Source: a virus. Taken from it: 64,000 bases of DNA. Location: the IMG/VR virus record IMGVR_UViG_3300046660_000403, positions 1 through 64,000 of that record; one strand, written 5' to 3'. Each line of letters begins with the position of its first letter. Positions within the stretch are counted from its first letter, which is position 1. The notes under the pieces were generated by a model that was given only the letters and a program-made list of their open reading frames with translations, was not told the origin of the DNA and did no database searches. Positions 1-8,770 of this stretch are shown here, in pieces. Both the position numbers and the translations under genes were made by a program.

Positions 1-19
1 CGAGAGTTCCAGGCACCAG

Positions 20-289
20 TCACATAGCGGCGGCATGGGGGGCGGGCAAGGGACTGCGGTACGGCTCGGTGCCGAGCACGCGGCGTATGTCGCCGAGATC
101 CATCCCCGCGATGTCATGCAGGCGCAGGACCATGGACGAGCCCACCGGCAGCCCGCCATTGCGGATTTTGCTGATGGTCGGCGCCGCGACGCCCAAGGCG
201 CGCGACAGCGCGGAGTCGGAATTGAGGCCCAGCTTGCCGATGGCGGCGTCCAGCAGGGCGCCGGGGTTGGTGGTGGTCGAAGTCTTCAT
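20..289 (-). CDS. small XRE/Cro-type HTH protein
   Basis: DSALSRALGVAAPTISKIRNG HTH pattern; AAGGA RBS upstream. Confidence 0.75.
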   Translation of the reverse strand: MKTSTTTNPGALLDAAIGKLGLNSDSALSRALGVAAPTISKIRNGGLPVGSSMVLRLHDIAGMDLGDIRRVLGTEPYRSPLPAPHAAAM

Positions 290-303
290 GATTTCCTTGT
301 CAA

Positions 304-1215
304 TTAATTATTGCTGATGCGTTTATAGGTTTTGCTGACGAGCGATTTCAGGTCCAGGCCTTCCGGCTTGACGCGCTTGCCGTCGGACGAGGCTGGAGCA
401 GTTGGCACGGGCAGCGGCGGCAACACGCTCGGCTTCGGCGCTGGAGCCACGCCGCCGTTGTCGATGGCGGCCTGCACGCGACCCTTGAACGCCGGCATGG
501 CCTCGCCCGGATACGGTCGCAGGTTCAACTCCGCACCCTTGGCCAGGATGGAGGTGTCGCTGGCCCACCACATTCCGCCGCCCTGCTTGGCGCCGCCTGC
601 GGCTGGTTGGCGCGCGCTTTCGTTGCGGCACCAGTTGCGCCACGTGGCCAGCCAGTCGGTCTTGTTGGCCCGCTGTCCGGACAAGGCGATCCAGTGGTCC
701 TTGAACTTCTCGCCGATCTCACGGACCTGCTCGACGGTCCATTCGGGACAGTGCTGCATTGCCCAGTCTCCCCAAGCTTTCGGCAGTACCCAGTCGGAGG
801 GTAAGCGCGCAGCGCGCACCACCTGACGCTTCTGTGATGGTTCCTTGACGGTTCTGGGTGCGAGTTTTGCGGGGGTTTTTGGCAAAACCTGCGGGGGTAT
901 CACGCCGTCATCTGCGGGGTGCGGGTCCTGCGGGGGTGCATTATCTGCGGGGGTTTGCGGGAATTGCTCGGCGTGGATGAAGTACCAGGTGCGACGGCCG
1001 GCGCGCATTTCGCGGCTGATGATGCCCTCTTCCTCCAGGGCGCGCAGGTGCTGTTGCACGGTGCGCTCGCCCATCGTGCACTTCTGCGCGATCAGCCCGA
1101 CGGACGGATAGCACATGCCCTGCTCATTGGCGTTGTCGCACAGGGAGAGCAGCACGAACTTTTTGCCCGAGGACATTGTTGAAGCCCATGCCTGTGTCAT
1201 TAATGCAATACTCAT
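304..1215 (-). CDS. phage replication initiator (N-terminal winged HTH, lambda O-like position)
   Basis: KFVLLSLCDNANEQGMCYPSV...ERTVQQHLRALEEEGII N-terminus; iteron-containing linker; FKDHW...DWLATWRNW C-terminal motif. Confidence 0.8.
   Translation of the reverse strand: MSIALMTQAWASTMSSGKKFVLLSLCDNANEQGMCYPSVGLIAQKCTMGERTVQQHLRALEEEGIISREMRAGRRTWYFIHAEQFPQTPADNAPPQDPHPADDGVIPPQVLPKTPAKLAPRTVKEPSQKRQVVRAARLPSDWVLPKAWGDWAMQHCPEWTVEQVREIGEKFKDHWIALSGQRANKTDWLATWRNWCRNESARQPAAGGAKQGGGMWWASDTSILAKGAELNLRPYPGEAMPAFKGRVQAAIDNGGVAPAPKPSVLPPLPVPTAPASSDGKRVKPEGLDLKSLVSKTYKRISNN
868..954. repeat. five TGCGGGG(G)T iterons within the initiator gene; putative lytic origin
   Basis: Copies start at 868, 890, 913, 929 and 946. 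Confidence 0.65.
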
Positions 1216-1285
1216 ACTTCGGTCATTTCCTTGCGTGGTCGTTGTTGCTTGGCGCTTGCGCGCCAGGTCATGTATTCATTGCGGG

Positions 1286-2131
1286 CTATGCGAACAGCCT
1301 TTGCTGCGCCGCCTCGGCCACCAGCGCGGCGCTGCAGGCCGGGTTGATCCAGACCACCTCAGTGCGCAGGGCACAGCCGCGCCCCGCCGATATCTGCGCC
1401 GACGTGTCGAACCGCTCCCACCCGGCCAGCGCCTTGTCGTACAGGTCCGACGGGTAGCCGGACAGCACCACCAGCCCGGACAGCTCGCGCAGGACCGCCA
1501 GCAGCTGCAGGTGATCGTCGTCCGTCATTTCATGGCGGTAATTGGCCCGGCCCGATCGGGTGGCGTGCAGGTAGGGCGGATCCACGAAATGCAGCGTGCC
1601 CGGGGCATCGTGCTGGCGCATCACCTCGATGGCGGGCCGGTTCTCCACCAGCACGCCCGCGAAGCGCACGCCGGCCGCAGCGATGGCCGCCGGGTATTCC
1701 GCCCACAGGTGCTGCGCCGTGCCGTATTCGCGCTTGGTATCGATCCGGAAGCCGGTGGCGCTCTTGCTGGCGCCAGCCGAGCCGAAACCCATTTGCGCGC
1801 GGATGCACAGCCTGCGGGCCGATTCAATGGCGTCATCGGTCGCCTCCCAGGCCTGCTCAAATTCACTGCGCGCATAGGGCGTTAGCACGACGGCGTCGAT
1901 GAGTTGACGCCGCTGCACCGGGTCGCGCAGCACGCGGAAGAAGTTGGCCACGGCCTGGTCCAGATCGTTGTAGACCTCGGCATAGACGCGCTCCTTTTGC
2001 AGCAGGACACCGGCGGCGCCGCCGAATGGCTCGACGTAGCAGGTGTGCGCCGGGAAAAAGGTCTGGATCCAGCCGGCCAAGCGGTACTTGGCGCCGTGGT
2101 AGCGCAAGGCGGGGCGAATGATATTGGTCAT
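1286..2131 (-). CDS. DNA adenine methyltransferase (Dam/D12 class)
   Basis: LRYHGAK, YVEPFGG and DPPY motifs; start MTNIIRP overlaps the upstream stop. Confidence 0.92.
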   Translation of the reverse strand: MTNIIRPALRYHGAKYRLAGWIQTFFPAHTCYVEPFGGAAGVLLQKERVYAEVYNDLDQAVANFFRVLRDPVQRRQLIDAVVLTPYARSEFEQAWEATDDAIESARRLCIRAQMGFGSAGASKSATGFRIDTKREYGTAQHLWAEYPAAIAAAGVRFAGVLVENRPAIEVMRQHDAPGTLHFVDPPYLHATRSGRANYRHEMTDDDHLQLLAVLRELSGLVVLSGYPSDLYDKALAGWERFDTSAQISAGRGCALRTEVVWINPACSAALVAEAAQQRLFA

Positions 2132-2316
2132 GCGGCCGCCTTTTGCGCGCGCAACGCGCCGTCCTTGACGCAGCGCACGCATTTGCCGTACTGGTGCAGC
2201 TGCTTGGCGGTCGATTCCAAGCCGCAGGCGCATTTCTTCCGGCGTAGCACGATGGGCGGCATGGCCGCCGTGCGATCGCGGAACGCTTCGTTGGTACTAC
2301 CAAACCCGACTAGCAT
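2128..2316 (-). CDS. small Cys-containing hypothetical protein
   Basis: CAC...CVRC motif; overlaps both neighbours in operon fashion. Confidence 0.55.
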   Translation of the reverse strand: MLVGFGSTNEAFRDRTAAMPPIVLRRKKCACGLESTAKQLHQYGKCVRCVKDGALRAQKAAA

Positions 2317-2615
2317 GACGCCACCGCCTTCCATATGTTGGAGCTGCCGAAGCGCGGTATGCCCACAATCTCGCCGCGGCGTTTAAGACGCTGCAGGATG
2401 TCGTACAGCGAGGGTGGTTCAACATTGAGCAGCGAGGCGATCTCGCGCACGTCCTGATTCGGATGGTCCTTGATGCACTGGAGCGTGGCGGCCGCCAATT
2501 CTCCGGTTAGCGGCGGCGGTGGCCGGCGGCGGGCGTCAACCCTGGTCGAGGGCGCATCGGCCACCTGGGCGATGAACTGGGCGTGCTGGGATACGAGGTG
2601 GGCGAATGCGCTCAT
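2310..2615 (-). CDS. winged-helix protein
   Basis: VREIASLLNVEPPSLYDILQRLKRRGEI. Confidence 0.65.
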   Translation of the reverse strand: MSAFAHLVSQHAQFIAQVADAPSTRVDARRRPPPPLTGELAAATLQCIKDHPNQDVREIASLLNVEPPSLYDILQRLKRRGEIVGIPRFGSSNIWKAVASC

Positions 2616-4537
2616 GCCGCCCTCGCCATCAGAAGTTCATGCGCGTTGTTCGCCTTGAGGACGGCGACGGCCGGCGGTGGAGACACACTGTTGCCGATCA
2701 TGCGCACCTGGGCGCCCTTGGACAGCCGCTTGCGGACCGTGCGGCCCCTCTTGTCGATCGACGTGTGGAACGGGTCCAGAATGTAATCGGCGGGGAATCC
2801 CTGGGCATTGGCCAGTTCGCGCGGTTGGAGCATGCGCAGGCCGATATCGACCACTTCCATCATTTCGCCGTTGATCTTCACCAGCTCGGGCTGCGCCACG
2901 CCTTTTAGGCTCGGGCAGTACTCCCACAGGAATTCGCGTACTTGCTGGCGACGTTCCAGGTATGCCGGATCGTTCGCCGGCGCACTGGTGAGCGTCGTGC
3001 GTACTTCGCCATGGTGCTGTCCGCCGGCGCTGATGGTGGCCAGCGGCTCGTCGGTGGCAGCAGCATGGCTGGTGCCGCGCAGCTTCACGAGATTGCTGGT
3101 CACGACCGCATGGCGGTTCTCGGTGGTGATGGTCGTCAGCGGGTCCGCAGCGGCCCAGGTCGCGCTGTCGCCATAGCTCTGGTTGTCGATGGCGACGAGG
3201 TGCGCCGTCACCAGCGAATTGTGGTCGACCGTGGTGACGGTGGGCGCTGGTGCGGTCACCGGCGCGCCGACGACGCCCTGGTAGTGTTTCGCCAGGTAGG
3301 CGCAGGTGACGCCCACGCGATCCTTGGTCACGATGGTCGGCATCGGTCCGTTGGCGGCCATGTTCTGCCCGCCACCCTTGTAGTATTGCACCACGGACGC
3401 CGCCACCAGGGCGTGCTTGCCGCCACCGGCGACGATGGTGCCCACCGGGTTATGCAGATCCAGCGCGCGCGGCGCCTGCCCTTCCCGTTCACCATAGCCC
3501 ATCTGGACCATGGTGACGGCCGCGAGCGACATTTCGCCGCGATGCGCACAGGTGATGGTCGGCAGCGGATCGGTCGCAGCACTGGTGCGGTCCGCGCCTT
3601 GGTGCGTCAGCGGCTGGATCAGCGGCGACACTTCGCCGCGTGCGGTCTCCACGATGTAGGGCTGGGCTGCGTCCTTCACATATTTCTCGTAGCCTTTGCC
3701 GACGCGGCGCAGGGTCGCCGGCCGAAGTGGTTTCTTGCGCTCGAAAATGGACGGACACTCGATGGACCAGTCGATGCACTCAGCAGCAGTGCGATATGGC
3801 AGCAGGGTGCCGGCGAGCACCTGGGGCGAATTGCGCGGGCCGTGAGTGGGGGCTGGCCACACGATGGGCATGCCATCGCGGCGCATCACCATGAACAGGC
3901 GCTTGCGGATGGTTGGCGCGCCAAAGTCGCAGGCGTGCAGTGTGCGCCATTCGACCTTGTAACCCAGGCCCCGGATGATTCGCTCGATCGGGAAATCGTC
4001 GCCGAGCGTATCCCTGATCTCCGGCATGTCCGGATGATCTTCGGGCAGGCCGGTGGTCAGCGCCAGGATGAAGGCATTGAACGTGCGGCCCTTGAGTGCT
4101 TTGATGGGCCGGCCGCTTTCATCGAGCGGTCCCCAGCCTAAAAATTCGGCCACATTTTCCAAGAACATCAGGCGCGGGGCGATCTGCACGCCCCACTTGA
4201 GCACCACCCATGCGAGGCCGCGCGTCTTCTGGTTCAGGATGTTGAAGCCCTTCGCCTTCGAGAAATGCGTGCAGGTGGGAGAAAACCACACGGCCCCCAC
4301 CGGGAGGTTGCGGGTGATGAGGCGGGGGTTGGGCAGGAAGACGTCTTCGCGGTAGTGCGCCGTGGTTGGATGATTGGCCGCATGCATGGACAGCGCCTCG
4401 CCGTCATGGTTGATGGCGATGTCGGGCTCCCGTCCGAAGGCCATGCGCAGCGCGGTGCTGGCGCCGCCGCCGCCGGCGAAGTTGTCGGCGATCAGCTCAT
4501 GGCCGAGGTCCAGCGTAAACTGGTCGCGCCCGCTCAT
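2612..4537 (-). CDS. DNA cytosine-C5 methyltransferase
   Basis: DNFAGGGG, SPTCTHFS, ENV, RKR and IGNSV motifs; repeated PLxTIT units in the variable region. Confidence 0.93.
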   Translation of the reverse strand: MSGRDQFTLDLGHELIADNFAGGGGASTALRMAFGREPDIAINHDGEALSMHAANHPTTAHYREDVFLPNPRLITRNLPVGAVWFSPTCTHFSKAKGFNILNQKTRGLAWVVLKWGVQIAPRLMFLENVAEFLGWGPLDESGRPIKALKGRTFNAFILALTTGLPEDHPDMPEIRDTLGDDFPIERIIRGLGYKVEWRTLHACDFGAPTIRKRLFMVMRRDGMPIVWPAPTHGPRNSPQVLAGTLLPYRTAAECIDWSIECPSIFERKKPLRPATLRRVGKGYEKYVKDAAQPYIVETARGEVSPLIQPLTHQGADRTSAATDPLPTITCAHRGEMSLAAVTMVQMGYGEREGQAPRALDLHNPVGTIVAGGGKHALVAASVVQYYKGGGQNMAANGPMPTIVTKDRVGVTCAYLAKHYQGVVGAPVTAPAPTVTTVDHNSLVTAHLVAIDNQSYGDSATWAAADPLTTITTENRHAVVTSNLVKLRGTSHAAATDEPLATISAGGQHHGEVRTTLTSAPANDPAYLERRQQVREFLWEYCPSLKGVAQPELVKINGEMMEVVDIGLRMLQPRELANAQGFPADYILDPFHTSIDKRGRTVRKRLSKGAQVRMIGNSVSPPPAVAVLKANNAHELLMARAA

Positions 4538-4755
4538 ACGGCACCCCGCTGCGACATCGTGGCGGCCGGCAGCTGGATGTTATAGCCGGGGATGACGTGG
4601 GCCACATGGCTGCCGGCCGGCATCGTGCACGGCGCATCCAGCGGGCTCACGAGCAGCGCGTGCACCAGTCCCGAATCCTGCAAGGCGAACGAAAAGTTTG
4701 CATGTGCTTGAAGGATGGAATCGCGGCCGCCCGTCATGTTCGTGGCGCGCCTCAT
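4534..4755 (-). CDS. hypothetical protein
   Basis: ATGA overlaps with both neighbours. Confidence 0.5.
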   Translation of the reverse strand: MRRATNMTGGRDSILQAHANFSFALQDSGLVHALLVSPLDAPCTMPAGSHVAHVIPGYNIQLPAATMSQRGAV

Positions 4756-5084
4756 GCCGCCACCGCCAGCGAGGAAAGCCAGGTACGCGGCGCCATGTGC
4801 AGCGGCGGCACCGATGCGGCCGACACGCGCACAACACGTGGCCGTGGTGGCTGCGTAGGCAGGAAGTAGGTCTTGATGTCGGAGCGGCCCTGCTCATAGT
4901 CGAGCACGCCGTTAGCCTCCAGCTGCTCGACCGCATCGCGCAGATCGCACTGCTTGAGGCGTGGAATAGCGCTCAGCGCCTGTTGCAACTCGCGGATGGT
5001 GAACCCGCTTTTCGCGGTCCGCATTGCATTAATAATAAGTTCCGGGCAAAGCTCCGCCCTCTGTGATACAGTTTCGTTGTTCAT
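4752..5084 (-). CDS. winged-helix hypothetical protein
   Basis: FTIRELQQAL...DAVEQLEANGVL. Confidence 0.6.
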   Translation of the reverse strand: MNNETVSQRAELCPELIINAMRTAKSGFTIRELQQALSAIPRLKQCDLRDAVEQLEANGVLDYEQGRSDIKTYFLPTQPPRPRVVRVSAASVPPLHMAPRTWLSSLAVAA

Positions 5085-5111
5085 AGAACGTCAGTAGTAG
5101 TGGTAAATGGG

Positions 5112-5136
5112 AAGCCCGGTTGCAGCCGGGCTTTTC
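5112..5136. terminator. hairpin AAGCCCGG-N6-CCGGGCTT; terminator-like
   Basis: Perfect 8-bp stem with a T tract on the + strand. Confidence 0.55.
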
Positions 5137-5147
5137 TGCATCCGGCG

Positions 5148-5267
5148 CTATGCCTGGTGGAATAGCTGCCGGTAAGTGGCGCGCTGCCGCGTGACGCGGT
5201 CAGGCTGTTTCGGAATCGCTTCCGAGAGGGGGATGCCCTTCGCCAAAGCTTGGCAAGGGGCGGTCAT
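5148..5267 (-). CDS. 39-aa ORF coupled to the CII-like gene
   Basis: MTAPCQALAKG...; ATGA overlap with the stop at 5264; below the ORF-track size cutoff. Confidence 0.4.
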   Translation of the reverse strand: MTAPCQALAKGIPLSEAIPKQPDRVTRQRATYRQLFHQA

Positions 5268-5584
5268 TTGTATTCGTCGGGCTGGACGTAGACAACGGCG
5301 TCTGCCGGTACGACCTTCAAGCCCAGGCAGGCAAGCAAACGGACGACAAACGCGAGTTGACCGCTGGTTTTCCAGCGCGAGACGGCCGAATCATGCACCC
5401 CCATGCGCTGCGCGACGACCACAGCGGTTACCTCATTCAATCTTTGCAAAATATTACTGTTTATTTTGCGCGTGGCCGTGATGTATTCCTGCGATACTGG
5501 AAACGCTTCAAAGGCCTGCATGCGGGAAAATTCCGCCGCCTGGTCTGCGTCATCATTGCCTGCTGGGGGAACTGCGTCGGTCAT
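5264..5584 (-). CDS. CII-family transcriptional regulator
   Basis: INSNILQRL...VAQRMGVHDSAVSRWK...LLACLGLKVVP resembles lambdoid CII; AGGA RBS. Confidence 0.75.
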   Translation of the reverse strand: MTDAVPPAGNDDADQAAEFSRMQAFEAFPVSQEYITATRKINSNILQRLNEVTAVVVAQRMGVHDSAVSRWKTSGQLAFVVRLLACLGLKVVPADAVVYVQPDEYK

Positions 5585-5740
5585 TACGTGGTCCTGATGG
5601 CGTGGATTGAGTGGGACGTTGATGGGCCTTGCTCTCCGGGGACTTGCCCCATTGCAAGGCCAGCGATGCAGCGCCGGCAATTCAAGTTTCTTCGGATTAA
5701 TATAAATTTAAACTCAATGTTAAAGGAATTGGGCAATTTC

Positions 5741-5782
5741 TACAACTTATTCTTGTAGTGCCGCCTACAACGAAACGTTGTA
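5741..5782. promoter_or_regulatory. two 17-bp operators, TACAAC-N5-GTTGTA
   Basis: 5741-5757 has one mismatch; 5766-5782 has perfect arms; both lie between the divergent CII-like and repressor genes. Confidence 0.75.
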
Positions 5783-5793
5783 ACCTTACGCCC

Positions 5794-6204
5794 ATGACGA
5801 AACTGAAAGATGATGTTGCAGCAGGCTTCCTAGAGAGGCTGACGCAGCTGCTCGACAAGAAAAATAACGGCAACCAGTCAGTGTTAGCCCGCGCCATCAA
5901 AGTGTCGCCGCAAGCGGTCAATCGGTGGTTCTCGGAAGGGCATATTCCGCGCGAAGCCACCCTTAATAAAGTCGCTGCCTACCTGGGCACCACGCCGGCC
6001 TACCTCAAGTACGGCGACGGTCCGGCCGCCGTGCCCGCCACCTATGAACTGATGTACGTCCAGATCGGGCCGGAAACGTCCCTGCTGTCGCATTACAGGG
6101 AAGGCACGGCGTCAGGCAAGGAACAGCTGCTCACCACCGCCGAGCACATCGAAAAACTGCCGGCGGACCAGCTGCCCGCCAATCCCCAGTTAGCCTCGAA
6201 CTAG
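5794..6204 (+). CDS. phage repressor (XRE HTH, no S24 peptidase domain)
   Basis: NQSVLARAIKVSPQAVNRW HTH, AYLKYGDG motif; divergent from the early operon. Confidence 0.85.
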   Translation: MTKLKDDVAAGFLERLTQLLDKKNNGNQSVLARAIKVSPQAVNRWFSEGHIPREATLNKVAAYLGTTPAYLKYGDGPAAVPATYELMYVQIGPETSLLSHYREGTASGKEQLLTTAEHIEKLPADQLPANPQLASN

Positions 6205-6423
6205 GCGTAAAGCCGGTCGCGCCTTGGGCTGCGCCGCGACTGCGCTCGACAGGTACGCCTTCCGCGCAAAGCCCTTGGCCGTACGCAGCAAGAATGCCTG
6301 GTCAACTGGCCGGGCGGTATCGTAGGCGCGCAACAACTCACTGCGCGGGTCGCTTCCCACCTTGACGGCCGATCCATCCCATCCTGTTTTCATTTTTATC
6401 ATACCTCTTGAAATAATTTCCAT
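6190..6423 (-). CDS. small protein, candidate antirepressor (probable start 6393)
   Basis: AGAGGT RBS 9 nt before ATG 6393; similar to the repressor C-terminus; RPALRLVRG tail. Confidence 0.65.
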   Translation of the reverse strand: MEIISRGMIKMKTGWDGSAVKVGSDPRSELLRAYDTARPVDQAFLLRTAKGFARKAYLSSAVAAQPKARPALRLVRG

Positions 6424-6512
6424 ACGGAAAAGAGGTCAATACTTTGCCCTACTAGCAACGTTCGGGCAACCCCCGTTAACTATCATTTAAGCGCAGTGTG
6501 AGATTGTCACAA

Positions 6513-6531
6513 CTGATAGTTTAACTATCAG
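6513..6531. promoter_or_regulatory. 19-bp palindrome CTGATAGTT-T-AACTATCAG
   Basis: Perfect arms in a divergent intergenic region; extra half-site at 6476-6485. Confidence 0.6.
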
Positions 6532-6585
6532 GGCACTTCCTTACCGATAGGAAATGTTTGGAAAGTGGAGTAAACTGGCCCGGCT

Positions 6586-7779
6586 TTGACGCATCCAGAC
6601 CCCAACATGATCGGCCCTCTCACCGCCCCGCCCATTCGCCTCACCCGCGCGGCCCTCACCCAAATCGCACAGCGCCGCCTCACCGTTGAGATTGATGATG
6701 GCTTTCTGGAGCAGATCAAGCGCATCGTCCCCGCCCTGATTGCCGGCTACAGTGAGTGGTCCGGCCCAGCCACGGCGACGTCGGACGCAAGGGTTCGCTG
6801 GCACTGGTACTTCGATGAGGCGCTGCAGCGTTTTGTGGTACCACCGCACGGCGTGCAGTCGAACATCATTCTGGTTGATGGTGATGGCCGCGACGCGCCA
6901 CCCGATGCCCTGGTGCGCCTCATACTGCGCCGCATCCGCCGGCGCCACGACTGGCAGCCCTGGATGCGCCTGGCCACGCTGAACCGCCGAAGCGCCATGC
7001 CCACCGCATCCGTCGCGGCGCCGCGCGGCACCGGCTCACAGATCATGACGCCGGTCGCGCATCGTGACGGCACCTGCCGTTGGGGCAAGCAGGCACTGCG
7101 CGAACTGGAGCAGCTGCCCGACGATCGGAAATTCGCCAGGATCGCCAAGTGGGCGCGCGAATTGTTCGGGTTTCAGCATACGATGGCAGTGGCCCGCTCA
7201 CGCCATGACCCCAACCTGTTCTCTATCGAGGAAAATTTCCAGCTGAAATGGCGTGAAATCTACGAGCGCGAGCATCTGGTGCTGATCGACCCCAGGCTAA
7301 CGTGCGCACATGGCGCCACAACGTGGACGGCGCGTGCGTTGCATGCCCAGAATCCCGCCTTCTGGAACGTCGCCATGGCGCACGGTATTCGCTCGGGTTG
7401 GCTCATGCGGTCCGCCGACGGCAGCGCCGCCCTGGTGCTGTCACGCCCAGATCCGGACATCACCGCCCAAGAGTCCGCCCTGATGACGCCCAACTTGGTG
7501 ATGCTCGCCCATGCGGCTCATGACCTGATGGCGCGCCAGCTGGGCAGCGTGAAGCGGCGCGGCAATGCCCCCTACGAGAGGGCGCTGCCGGAAAATGATC
7601 TGGAGATCATCGCCCACCTGCAGCGGAACAAGCCGCGCAAGGCAATCGCGGCGATGCTTGGCAAAAGCATCGCCACGGTCGACCGCCGGTTACGTGTGAT
7701 CAAGGACAAACTGGGCGTGGACAAAACGACCGACATCGTCGAAGTGGCCGTGCAAATGGGCCTGCTCAAGCCCATCTGA
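6586..7779 (+). CDS. RsaM(DUF4902)-like domain fused to a LuxR-family autoinducer-binding regulator
   Basis: AGYSEW...WHWY...VQSNIILVD...DW at the N-terminus; WREIY...IDP...W...G ligand-pocket residues; C-terminal LuxR HTH. Confidence 0.85.
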   Translation: MTHPDPNMIGPLTAPPIRLTRAALTQIAQRRLTVEIDDGFLEQIKRIVPALIAGYSEWSGPATATSDARVRWHWYFDEALQRFVVPPHGVQSNIILVDGDGRDAPPDALVRLILRRIRRRHDWQPWMRLATLNRRSAMPTASVAAPRGTGSQIMTPVAHRDGTCRWGKQALRELEQLPDDRKFARIAKWARELFGFQHTMAVARSRHDPNLFSIEENFQLKWREIYEREHLVLIDPRLTCAHGATTWTARALHAQNPAFWNVAMAHGIRSGWLMRSADGSAALVLSRPDPDITAQESALMTPNLVMLAHAAHDLMARQLGSVKRRGNAPYERALPENDLEIIAHLQRNKPRKAIAAMLGKSIATVDRRLRVIKDKLGVDKTTDIVEVAVQMGLLKPI

Positions 7780-7780
7780 T

Positions 7781-8770
7781 TCAGCAATCGATTCCAGCGC
7801 CCGTTTTCATGAATTGCGCGTGGGAGAACGGTGTGCGATCACGAAAGCTCGCCGGCACCTCGAATAGCGCCCAGTAGTATTCGCTTTGCCCCAGGCAGTG
7901 CATGGCCGTCCGGCAGTGCTGCATTGGGTCGTCCATCTGGCTTGAATACAGGCCGTCACCGGTGGGGAAGAACGGCACCACGCGGCACTCAAACAGCTCG
8001 CGCAACAGTTCGGCCGGCGCGCCGCGATCACGCGCCCGCTCGAATTGGCGCACCATCATCGCCTCGGTCTGGACCACCATCAGCATCGGCGCGCCATCGG
8101 CGTCGAAAAATAGCAGCCCGATCGGCGTGGCGAACAGGTAGTGCTCGACAAACCCATACCTGTCCATCAGATCCCGCACCAGGGAGTTGAATACGGCATC
8201 GCGGAGAAACCCGTACGCCTCCCCTTCCAGTTTGCGGTGATGCAGCTCGCGCGAGCGGTCGAGAAAGTACGCGTCTTGCAGCCCTTCGATCTCTTCGTTC
8301 AGCCTGCTTAGGCTGGCGTCATCCCCTCGCCGAACAAATCGGTCAATCAGCCCTCGGTTGAAGGCTTCGACTACCTCCTCGTTCGCATCGACGCTGGACA
8401 ACCACACTTTTTTGCAAGGCAAGTGCGAGACGGCTTCGCACGCCTCCATGCCGCTGCCGTTGGGGCGGTTGTACTCCACGACCACGACCGTGGGCGTGCA
8501 AAAGCGGCGCGGGTCTTCGACATAGTTGTAGATGCGCTCCAGATCGCCGGCTTGGGAAAACAGTGCATTGGCTATCTGCACGGGCGCGCCGGCACGCTTG
8601 GCCCGCGAGAAGGAGGACTCCATCCAAGCCACCGCATCCGCCGCGTCGTCAAAACGACGGTGCGCCAGGGCCGGCCGAAAGTGCTCCACGTGCGCTCCTA
8701 GTGGGGCCAGTTCGTCATCGATGAGCACGGTCAGCGTGGGGTGGCGGTAGAGCGGTAACTGAGGGGCCAT
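7781..8770 (-). CDS. LqsR/JqsR-like response regulator with Glu at the phospho-Asp position
   Basis: PTLTVLIDD...PRRF..VVVVEY.RP...KKVWLS...EAFNRGLIDRFV...VEHYL match the LqsR family as I recall it; GGAG RBS. Confidence 0.8.
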   Translation of the reverse strand: MAPQLPLYRHPTLTVLIDDELAPLGAHVEHFRPALAHRRFDDAADAVAWMESSFSRAKRAGAPVQIANALFSQAGDLERIYNYVEDPRRFCTPTVVVVEYNRPNGSGMEACEAVSHLPCKKVWLSSVDANEEVVEAFNRGLIDRFVRRGDDASLSRLNEEIEGLQDAYFLDRSRELHHRKLEGEAYGFLRDAVFNSLVRDLMDRYGFVEHYLFATPIGLLFFDADGAPMLMVVQTEAMMVRQFERARDRGAPAELLRELFECRVVPFFPTGDGLYSSQMDDPMQHCRTAMHCLGQSEYYWALFEVPASFRDRTPFSHAQFMKTGAGIDC

